NCBI GenBank assembly: GCA_031082125.1
Contig: JAVHLM010000029.1
Span: forward strand, 1,478 to 65,477
Direction of reading: 5' to 3'
Origin: Vulcanimicrobiota bacterium
Lineage (GTDB): Bacteria; Vulcanimicrobiota; CADAWZ01; Ess09-12
DNA length: 64,000 nucleotides
Shown: piece by piece, positions 57,701 through 64,000 of the stretch
How positions within the stretch are numbered: position 1 is the stretch's first letter
How the letters are laid out: each line of letters begins with the position of its first letter
The notes under the pieces: generated by a model
Told to the model about the DNA's origin: nothing
Seen by the model: the letters and a program-made list of their open reading frames with translations, nothing else
Databases searched by the model: none
Made by a program: the position numbers and the translations under genes

Positions 57701-58215
57701 CAAAAGGTGAGAGAAGCCTTACCGGCACCGATCTTCCGGCCTATCCCTTCGACAGGGAGGCTCTTTACAGGGAGTTCCTTTTCCATGGAAGCGATTTCCA
57801 GGGCATAGAGAAAGTCGAGGGCTCGTCGGCGCAGGGAATCAGGGCTACGGCCCGCACCGCGCCGAAGCCTTCAGCATGGATAAAAGAGCCCCTCAGGAAC
57901 AGGTGGATCACCGATCCCCTTGTCATTGACTGCAGCTTCCAGATGATGATTCTGTGGAGCTTCCAGAAATACCAGTCAGGGTCACTGCCCTGCTATGCCG
58001 GCAGCTACCGCCAGTTCAGGTCCTTTCCCAGGGGGGTCGTGAGCATTGTCATAGGCATCACCGGTGGAAATGAGCACAAAGCCCTTGCCACCATAGAATT
58101 CGTCGATCAGAAAGGAATGCTCATCGCAAGGATGAAAGGCTACGAGTGCACCATTCTCCCCTCGCTGAAGAAAGCCTTCGAAAACAACAGGCTCACCCAG
58201 GAAGCCATGCGCTAA
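51766..58215 (+). CDS. pfaA: PUFA synthase PfaA-like iterative type I PKS (KS-MAT-ACPx3-KR-DH)
   Basis: KS DAACASS, HGTGT and GHTK; AT FPGQG, GHSYG and AFH; three LGIDSIKRVEI ACPs; KR TGGARGV and YAVAN; C-terminal PKS-type DH (SHILDGQAVLP, LFHG). TTG start with AAGGAG RBS. Confidence 0.95.
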   Translation: MKRESTLTPAPIAIIGIGCVFPKAEDLQEYWSTIKNGIDAITDIPPTHWSVNDYFDENPRVPDMTYGKKGGFISPIDFDPMEFGITPNSLEATDTSQLLGLVVAKRALEDAGYGNGKEFNRERTSVILGVTGTLELVVPLGARLGHPIWRRALRDEGADSDLTERVVKRIADSYVEWQESSFPGLLGNVVAGRIANYFNLGGTNCAVDAACASSLSALHLAGLELSSGRSDMVLTGGVDTFNDIFMFMCFSKTPALSPTGNARPFDSSCDGTVLGEGIGMIVLKRFEDAKRDGDRVYAVIRSMGTSSDGKGAAVFAPQAGGQIRAMREAYRISGIEPRTVELMEAHGTGTKVGDLTEFTSINAVFNEGGSAGAWCALGSVKSQIGHTKAAAGIAGIIKAAMSLHHKVLPPTIKVKKPFDELLAQGTPFYLNTQKRPWIGSTSHPRRAAVSSFGFGGSNFHCVLEEPSPVKLSTDWDGRVQIAALSASSPGGLEASLDDWKGGISWRELSEKSEATRKTFDLKEPCRLLMVFEREGAEPHKVVSSALVMLGKHPERKAWNTPEGAFYGSGAPSGRLAILFPGQGAQYTGMLRDLASQFPEMLAVLRDAHESFASLAPEELGAGLVNYLYPHPAFSEEEKQRQERELRDTRVAQPALGAVSYGAWKVLEHFGIKPEALGGHSYGELVSLCVAGSITPEELYHLSSLRGSLMVEGKDDLGSMLAVQLEAGLLSDIIEKERLDLVIANHNAPQQAVLSGATAEIERAAAVITAMGIRNTKLTVSAAFHSPLVADAQAPFAAGLDKVPFRCCSIPVYSNTTACLYPDDPGKTRALLVGHLAKPVRFVDEILAMYDSGVRTFLEVGPCARMTGLVKAILNGRGDFEAFSIDGSSGKRHGTGDLARALAALAAGGHAVDLTLWNPLQRNITTVDQQKKRMTIPLCGANYVNPAKKAAISEEGAPERNNGTEAPRTAAPKPESSEKAFSADSPRKQSMVELLRLTQQNIKALQQIQEQTALMHQQFLQNQDKALHTFQQIAGQQQHLLLAALGREASAAPLPLPEIREAAPVLMKEPPPAASQEAAPAGDFGKLLLEVISEKTGYPVEMLEPGMSLDADLGIDSIKRVEIFSALKERYPAMPGLRSDEMARMKTPGDIIKHMSTSGNPGTLRPFDNPRGGGIAESLLSIIAEKTGYPAEMLDLDMSLDSDLGIDSIKRVEIFSALREAHPDLPAIKSDEMAALKSLREIVLFLDARSVTFSPPPVQEKPGELLAALTDLIAEKTGYPAEMLEPSMSLEGDLGIDSIKRVEIFSALRERFPSMPAVKSDMMALMKTLSDIVAFLEGEAPRDEKPLQGPATEMPMPEPREEGEKQLKRLVLITQMLNGVSGREKLALQAGSEIWVTDDGSPFASSLAEILEAMGYRPHVEKIETLLRQGAPPSLGGLLIIAPSGATESNFLMKAFKVLKEASPALKESARERGSFFATVSRMDGCFGLGGMDLKGEPLSGGLAGLTKTVRHEWPQICCKAFDVPAHLHSSREVALELIEELFLKGPIEVGISPKGRCTLELSLTGRNGTGCVPPFSRDDVVIVTGGARGVTAECAVQLINRLSHDEKPALVLLGRSPEPKPEPEWLGGLTGDAEIKRALMVHSGGKATPASIREEYGRIEAQREIASTLSRIREAGGRVFYRSVDIRNPGELRAAVEDIRATAGPIRGLVHGAGVIADRLIEDKTDEEFERVYSTKVEGLRNLLALLSDDELKILVLFSSFTGRFGRVGQADYAVANEVLNKLALWQSRLRPRCRVVALNWGPWDGGMVTTSLKKIFEKEGVGLIALEQGTEIFIRELCSSPDAPVEVVILGSDTGTGCAPAEYTTAFESLLTIEAFPFLNSHILDGQAVLPVAMMLEWLSHGALVANPGLTFYGADNLRVLKGLRIIKSESRTIRVVTGKAKTAGDFFTVTAELQSDEKGTPPVIHARGEIVLAANIPKGERSLTGTDLPAYPFDREALYREFLFHGSDFQGIEKVEGSSAQGIRATARTAPKPSAWIKEPLRNRWITDPLVIDCSFQMMILWSFQKYQSGSLPCYAGSYRQFRSFPRGVVSIVIGITGGNEHKALATIEFVDQKGMLIARMKGYECTILPSLKKAFENNRLTQEAMR
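55012..55773 (+). repeat. three tandem ACP-coding repeats within pfaA
   Basis: The core ATAGACTCCATCAAGCGAGTCGAGATATTCTCGGCCCTCA is identical in all three copies. Confidence 0.85.
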
Positions 58216-58229
58216 AGGAAGCTATCCCC

Positions 58230-61200
58230 ATGGAATTCACCACCCCCATTGCCATCGTGGGAGCAGGCGGACTGTTCCCCGGAGCGCCTTCGCTTGAGTC
58301 TTTCTGGACCCTCATCAGGGAGGGAAAAAGCGCCTCGCGTGAAGTACCGCCGGGGCGCTGGATTCTGCAGCCCTCAGAGGGTTATTCCCCCGGTGCCATA
58401 AGGCCTGACAGGACTTATTCCTCAAAGGGATGCTTCCTTGATGACTTCTCCATCTCTGAAAAGCTCGACTTCACAGGGCTTGCCGTTGATCAGGGTACTC
58501 TCTCCAGGCTTGATCCCCTCTTTCACATTGCCCTCATGGCGGCGGTGGAGGCCTTCAGGAGCGCCTCCACTGGATCGGTGCACCGCTCCAGGACAGGCGT
58601 CATAATAGGGAATATCGCCCTCCCTACAGAGACCTCGTCGGCCATCTCAAGGGAGATCCTGGAGCCTGCCATCGAGGAGCTCGTCACCGGGGCCAGGGGC
58701 AGAGCTCCCCTCACCTTCACCGATCCCCTCAATGCGTGGGTGAACGGCCTCCCTGCCGGTTTCATCGCCCACGCCCTGGGCCTTGGCGGGGGAAGCTTCA
58801 CCATTGACGCGGCCTGCGCGTCATCGCTTTACGCCGTGAAACTGGCCTGCGACAGGCTGCTCTCCGGGAAAGCCGATATGATGCTCTCGGGAGGCATCTG
58901 CCGCCCCGACTGTCTTTACACGGCAATGGGCTTCTCGCAGCTCTCGGCCCTCTCGCCTGACGGCCTGTGCGCCCCTTTCGATGTGAAAGCCAATGGCCTC
59001 GTGATAGGAGAAGGTGCGGGCATCCTTGTCCTCAAGCGCCTTGAAGATGCCCTCGCCCAAGGTGATGACATTCTTGCAGTGATTAAAGGCATCGGCCTTT
59101 CAAACGACATTGAAGGCTCTCTCCTCGCGCCTGACAGCGAAGGGCAGCTCCGTTCCATGGAGGCAGCCTACCGCCAGGCCCGGTGGCTTCCTTCCGACGT
59201 AGACCTCCTGGAATGCCATGCTACAGGGACTCCCGTCGGTGATGCCGTGGAGTACCAGAGCCTCAGGAAGCTCTGGGAGAGGAACGGATCATCCTTCCGG
59301 GAGGGGCAGTGCGTCATCGGCTCGGTGAAGTCCAATGTGGGCCATCTCCTCACGGGCGCCGGCGCTGCAGGCCTTATCAAGGTCCTCCTGGCTCTCAGGG
59401 AGAAAGTGCTGCCGCCTACAGCCAACTACACCGTCTCCCCGCCTTCCTTTGACCTCCCCGGAAGCCCTTTCAGAGTTCTCAGGAAAAGCGAGCCATGGCC
59501 TGAGAGAGCCGGAGGAGCCCCTCGGCGTGCAGCCGTGAGCGCTTTCGGCTTCGGGGGCATCAATGCCCATGTGCTCATCGAGGAATGGCAGGGTACGGGG
59601 AAAAAGATCTCTGCCGTGAAGGCCTCCTCCCTGAAGGAGGGCAGGCCCGTGGCGATCGTGGGAATTGACGCCCGCTTCGGCCCCTATGACACCCTTGAGA
59701 AATTCAGGCATGCCCTCTTCGACAGTACCGCAAGAGAGGAGCCCGGGGCAAAAAAGGGCTGGTACGGCGTGCCCTCTTCGTCATGGTTTCACAGTGAGAT
59801 GGGAGAATCAGAGCCCGAGGGCTTTGGAATTGACGACATCAAGGTCCTCCCCGGCCAGTTCAGGATTCCTCCCGTGGAGATAAGCGAGATGCTCCCCCAG
59901 CAGCTCCTCATGCTGCTCGTGGCAGCAGGGGCCTTGAAGGACGCCGCGACAGCCCCTGCAGATCATGACACTGCGGGCGTCTTCATAGGGATATCCTTTG
60001 ATTTCAGCACCACCACATTCAGCGTGCGCTGGGACATGGCGAACAAGGCTCCCCTGTGGCTCCCCCCAGGAGTCCCCGGCAGTGAAAAGGACCTCCAGGA
60101 CTTCGCAGGAGCGCTCCGTGACACAGTGGGCCCTCCCCTGAACGCCAACAGGACCATGGGGGCCCTGGGGAGCATCGTGGCGAGCAGGATAGCAAGGGAA
60201 TTCCGCTTCGGCGGCCCCTCTTTCACCGTCTCGTCTGAGGAGTGCTCAGGGCTTGCCGCCCTTGAGGTGGCGATCACGAAGCTCTCGTCGGGAGAAATTG
60301 ACTGCGCCCTGGCCGGCGCCGTCGATTTTGCCGGCGATATCCGGGCCCTGATCGCAAGGCGCCGGGCCGGGGAAAAGCCATGGCCTCTTTTCGGCGAAGG
60401 GGCGGCGGCAGTGGTGCTCAAGAGGCTCGAAGACGCCGAGCGCGACGGCGACCGGATATATGCCGTGATAAGGGCCACAGGGCTTGCAGGGGGAGGGAAG
60501 CCCGGCTGCGATGGCCCCGGGAAAGACACCGTGCTGCGGGCCCTCAGGAGAGCCTGCAGCGAAGAGAGGCACCCCCCGGGATCAATGGATTTTGCAGGTA
60601 TCATCAGCGCTGAATCTGGAGCGGCATGGGCCGGAGAGCTCTTTTCTGAAAGCAGGTGGAATGAACCTGTCGCAATTGGTGAAGTTGCTGAATGGACCGG
60701 CGATGCGGGGGCTGCTACGGCATTCGCATCGGTGGTGAAGCTCTGCCTGATGCTCTCCCATCACCTGATCCCCCCTTCGCAGGACGTGAGAGCCCTGGTG
60801 GAAGGCGCTCCGGAATGGCCTTTCTGCCCCCCGGGGAAGGCGCAGCACTGGCTCAGGAACAGGGCTGAGGGCCCCCGGAAGGGCTCGGTGACCTGTTCCT
60901 CAGTAGACGGCACCTGCGCCCATGTGATCCTGGAAGAATATGAGCCGCAAGCAGGGAGAGCCCTGCCGGCCCCTCCCGTCACTGTGCAGGAAGCCCTTTT
61001 CGCCCTCAGGGCCGGCACTGATCACGAGCTCCTCGCAGAGCTGGACCGCATGGAAAGCTTCCTGGAAGGGAAAGGAGGGCAGCCACTGGCCTGGAGCTCT
61101 TCACAATGGCTGTCGCGGCAAATGGAGGAGAAAGGAGGGAGTCACAGGCTGGCCATCATCGCGAGAGATCATGACGAGGCCGCCCGTCTCATCGGGCAGG

Positions 61201-64000
61201 CGCGGCAGGCCATCTCCCGGAAGCCTGGCGTTCCGCTCAGGATGAGGCCCGCGGGAAACGAAAGAGAAGGTGATGCCCTTTTCTATGCTCCCCTATCCGA
61301 AAAGCCCCGGGGAAAGACCGCATACGTGTTCCCAGGCTCTGGGAACCATTATCCCGGCATGGGAAGGGAGCTTACCGCCGCCTGGTCTTTTATTGCCGAG
61401 AAGCAGGACAGGGAAAACCTCTCCCTCAGGAGCCAGGTCATGCCGCACCTGTTCTGGAGCCTTGAATCCCTAGACGGAATATCCGGCAATCACAGGGCTC
61501 TCATGGAAGGGCAGGTTGCCATGGGGACTCTCATGGCGGATCTCCTGGGGCACCTCGGCATCAGGCCTGAAGCTGCCATCGGCTACAGCCTCGGCGAGAT
61601 GGCAGGCCTCTTTGCCCTGAGGGCCTGGCGCGCAAGGGACGAGATGCACAGGCGGATGGAGGAATCCCGCCTCTTCACCGATGAGCTTGCCGGTCCCTGT
61701 AATGCTGCCAGGGCAGCCTGGGGCCTCAATGCTTCCGAAGAGGTCCGCTGGGCCATCGGTGTCATCGATGCCCCGGCCGTCGTGGTCAAAGAAGCCCTCA
61801 GGGGAAGAAGCCGCGTGTACCTCCTCATCATAAACACTCAGTCAGACTGCGTTATCGGCGGTGACGAGCGTGAAGTTTCAATACTCGTCAGAGACCTTGG
61901 CTGCTCCTACCTCCCGGTAAGCGGCGTCACTACTGTACACTGCGAGGTAGTAAAGCCCGTGGCGGACATTTACCGGGACTTTCACCTCTTCCCTGTCACA
62001 GCGCCCGATGGCATCAGCTTTTACAGCACCGGGTGGGGTAAGTGCTACGACATGACGATGGAGAGGGCTGCCGATGCCATACTGGCCCAGGCTCTTGACA
62101 CTGTCGATTTCCCCCGCGTCATAGAAGCCGCCTACCATGATGGCGTGCGCACCTTCATAGAGATAGGTCCCGGCCCCTCCTGCACAAGGATGATTGGAAG
62201 GATCCTTGAAGGCAGGGAGCATACCGCCCTTGCAGCCTGCAGGGAGGGGCATTCTGAGGTCTCTTCGGTTCTGAGGCTTGCGGCGCGCCTCTTTACTGAA
62301 GGCCTGGATATCAACCTTGAGAAGCTTTTTTCCCCCCTTGAGTCATTGAAGGTGCCGGAAAGCGCCCCTTCAGCGCCCAGGGCAATCAGGCTTGATACGG
62401 GAGGCGGCCCTTTCAAAACCCCGGATCTGCCCCGCCCCCTCTCCGAAAAGAGTGCGCCGGAACCTTCCCGCAGCACGGTAAAGAGAGACACCCCTCCCAA
62501 TCCCGAGCCGGACCCGGTCATGAGCATGTTTTATGCCATGGAGCAGGCCAAGCTCCAGGCTCATGAAAGCTACCTCACCTTCACCAGAAATCTGACGGAT
62601 GCCATGGCGCAGCAGATGACACTCCAGATGGCGCTCCTTGAGGAATGCGGCGGGGAGCTTGCCGGCCTGGAAGATATCCATGGCCTTCTGGACAGTCCCG
62701 CCCCCTCGAAAGCCTGTCCCGCCGGAGCTGCTCTCAAGGTTACTGAGCTTTTGCCAAAAGCAATGCCCGATACTCTTAAAGCAGTTTCACCATTGCCTCA
62801 GGTCCTGCCTGCCGCGCCGGCGGCGCCCGGGAAGAGGCCTTTCATGGACAGGACTGCATGCATGGAATTTGCCGTGGGAAGCATCGCCAAGGTTCTCGGC
62901 CCTTCTTATCGCCAGGTGGACAGCCACCCCACGAGGGTCCGCCTCCCCGATGAGCCCCTCATGCTCGTGGATCGCATTATCGCCGTTGAAGGAGAAAGCC
63001 AGTCCCTTAAAAGCGGCCGTGTCATCACCGAGCATGACATTCTTCCAGGGGCCTGGTACCTCGACGGGGGACGTATTCCCACATGCATAGCCGTTGAGGC
63101 CGGCCAGGCCGACCTTTTCCTTTCAGGCTACCTGGGAATCGATTCCATCACCAGGGGACTCGCCGTGTACCGCCTCCTTGATGCCGTCGTCACCTTCCAC
63201 GGCCCCCTCCCGGGACCAGGCGAAGTGATTCATTACGATATCTCCATCGACAGGTTCTTCACCCAGGGTGACACCTGGCTCTTCAGGTTCAGGTTTGACA
63301 GCACGGTGGGAGGCAGGCCCCTCCTCACCATGCGGGAGGGCTGCGCCGGCTTCTTCACCAGGGAGGAGCTCGAGGCCGGGAAGGGGATTGTCCATACCTC
63401 CCTTGACACGAGGCCCCTGGAGGGAGCAGTCCCGCCCGGATGGTCATATCCCGTGCCCATGGGTTACGAGGCATACAGTGATGCCCAGGTTGAGGCTCTC
63501 CGCAAAGGGGATCTCGCCGGGGCCTTCGGCCCTCGCTTTGAAGGCCTCCCGGTGAAAAAACCCCTTACTATTCCCGGTGGAAAGCTCATGAGGCTCGTGG
63601 ACCGGGTGCAGCACCTCGATCCCCGCGGGGGAAGGTTCTCCCTCGGCATCATCCGTGCCGAAGCTGACATTCACCCCGACGACTGGTTCCTCACGTGCCA
63701 TTTCTCCGATGATAATGTCATGCCGGGGACCCTCATGTACGAGTGCTGCATGCACACATTCCGGATTTTCCTGCTGCGCATGGGATGGATAGCCGAGGAA
63801 GGCCAGGCCGCATGGGAACCTGTCCCCGGCGTGGCAAGCGGCCTCAAGTGCCGCGGGCAGGTCATCGAGAGCACAAGAAAGGCCTGCTACGAGGTTTCCA
63901 TCAAGGAGATGGGCTTCCGCCCCGAGCCCTATGCCATAGCTGACGCGCTCATGTATGCCGACGGCAAGCCTGTGGTGGAGATAAGCAATATGTCCATGAG
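58230..64000 (+). CDS. pfaBC: PUFA synthase PfaBC/Pfa3-like protein (KS-CLF-AT-FabA-type DH-DH...), 3'-truncated by the window edge
   Basis: Absent from the ORF track because there is no stop in the window. ATG at 58230 (MEFTTPIAIVG). Same-frame motifs: TIDAACASS (58800), HATGT, CLF VSSEECS, AYVFPGSG (61320), GYSLGE (61581), LPDEPLMLVDR (62943) and CHFSDDNVMPGT (63696). Confidence 0.93.
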   Translation, partial: MEFTTPIAIVGAGGLFPGAPSLESFWTLIREGKSASREVPPGRWILQPSEGYSPGAIRPDRTYSSKGCFLDDFSISEKLDFTGLAVDQGTLSRLDPLFHIALMAAVEAFRSASTGSVHRSRTGVIIGNIALPTETSSAISREILEPAIEELVTGARGRAPLTFTDPLNAWVNGLPAGFIAHALGLGGGSFTIDAACASSLYAVKLACDRLLSGKADMMLSGGICRPDCLYTAMGFSQLSALSPDGLCAPFDVKANGLVIGEGAGILVLKRLEDALAQGDDILAVIKGIGLSNDIEGSLLAPDSEGQLRSMEAAYRQARWLPSDVDLLECHATGTPVGDAVEYQSLRKLWERNGSSFREGQCVIGSVKSNVGHLLTGAGAAGLIKVLLALREKVLPPTANYTVSPPSFDLPGSPFRVLRKSEPWPERAGGAPRRAAVSAFGFGGINAHVLIEEWQGTGKKISAVKASSLKEGRPVAIVGIDARFGPYDTLEKFRHALFDSTAREEPGAKKGWYGVPSSSWFHSEMGESEPEGFGIDDIKVLPGQFRIPPVEISEMLPQQLLMLLVAAGALKDAATAPADHDTAGVFIGISFDFSTTTFSVRWDMANKAPLWLPPGVPGSEKDLQDFAGALRDTVGPPLNANRTMGALGSIVASRIAREFRFGGPSFTVSSEECSGLAALEVAITKLSSGEIDCALAGAVDFAGDIRALIARRRAGEKPWPLFGEGAAAVVLKRLEDAERDGDRIYAVIRATGLAGGGKPGCDGPGKDTVLRALRRACSEERHPPGSMDFAGIISAESGAAWAGELFSESRWNEPVAIGEVAEWTGDAGAATAFASVVKLCLMLSHHLIPPSQDVRALVEGAPEWPFCPPGKAQHWLRNRAEGPRKGSVTCSSVDGTCAHVILEEYEPQAGRALPAPPVTVQEALFALRAGTDHELLAELDRMESFLEGKGGQPLAWSSSQWLSRQMEEKGGSHRLAIIARDHDEAARLIGQARQAISRKPGVPLRMRPAGNEREGDALFYAPLSEKPRGKTAYVFPGSGNHYPGMGRELTAAWSFIAEKQDRENLSLRSQVMPHLFWSLESLDGISGNHRALMEGQVAMGTLMADLLGHLGIRPEAAIGYSLGEMAGLFALRAWRARDEMHRRMEESRLFTDELAGPCNAARAAWGLNASEEVRWAIGVIDAPAVVVKEALRGRSRVYLLIINTQSDCVIGGDEREVSILVRDLGCSYLPVSGVTTVHCEVVKPVADIYRDFHLFPVTAPDGISFYSTGWGKCYDMTMERAADAILAQALDTVDFPRVIEAAYHDGVRTFIEIGPGPSCTRMIGRILEGREHTALAACREGHSEVSSVLRLAARLFTEGLDINLEKLFSPLESLKVPESAPSAPRAIRLDTGGGPFKTPDLPRPLSEKSAPEPSRSTVKRDTPPNPEPDPVMSMFYAMEQAKLQAHESYLTFTRNLTDAMAQQMTLQMALLEECGGELAGLEDIHGLLDSPAPSKACPAGAALKVTELLPKAMPDTLKAVSPLPQVLPAAPAAPGKRPFMDRTACMEFAVGSIAKVLGPSYRQVDSHPTRVRLPDEPLMLVDRIIAVEGESQSLKSGRVITEHDILPGAWYLDGGRIPTCIAVEAGQADLFLSGYLGIDSITRGLAVYRLLDAVVTFHGPLPGPGEVIHYDISIDRFFTQGDTWLFRFRFDSTVGGRPLLTMREGCAGFFTREELEAGKGIVHTSLDTRPLEGAVPPGWSYPVPMGYEAYSDAQVEALRKGDLAGAFGPRFEGLPVKKPLTIPGGKLMRLVDRVQHLDPRGGRFSLGIIRAEADIHPDDWFLTCHFSDDNVMPGTLMYECCMHTFRIFLLRMGWIAEEGQAAWEPVPGVASGLKCRGQVIESTRKACYEVSIKEMGFRPEPYAIADALMYADGKPVVEISNMSM

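Noticed and set aside
58523-63943. Many short ORFs suggesting a fragmented region
   Set aside because: Spot-checked motifs all fall in one plus-strand frame starting at 58230 (pfaBC). It is missing from the track only because it has no stop in the window.

Overview
A GC-rich bacterial chromosomal segment, densely coding, with no rRNA, tRNA, CRISPR array or recognisable transposase. The host is unknown; gene style is reminiscent of Ca. Eremiobacterota/Xenobia, which is inference only. From left to right it contains: a 5'-truncated DUF222-like/HNH gene; a racemase remnant; a glycine-zipper protein; a vapBC toxin-antitoxin pair with a clear promoter and operator; an S9 peptidase; a minus-strand block of alpha-2-macroglobulin, pbpC, a rifampin-phosphotransferase-like enzyme, a secreted protein and an ankyrin protein; a PAS histidine kinase; a sugar-nucleotide/aminotransferase/glgP cluster; a pyrimidine operon with fused pyrBI and fused pyrD-pyrK; a decayed ankyrin/WD40 block flanked by a duplicated pyr-promoter segment; an S46 peptidase; a polysaccharide deacetylase; a ClpA/B-type AAA+ protein; an EcsC-like gene; a candidate sRNA; and a pfaD-pfaA-pfaBC PUFA-synthase-like cluster running off the right edge. 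The most striking element is the AAA+ protein (45277-48786). Its C-terminal ~350 aa align by eye to peptide release factor RF2 domains 1, 2 and 4 with the catalytic GGQ domain deleted, and its motor motifs are unusually degenerate. This suggests an uncharacterised ribosome-associated quality-control or remodelling factor. All product calls come from motif recognition, not database searches.
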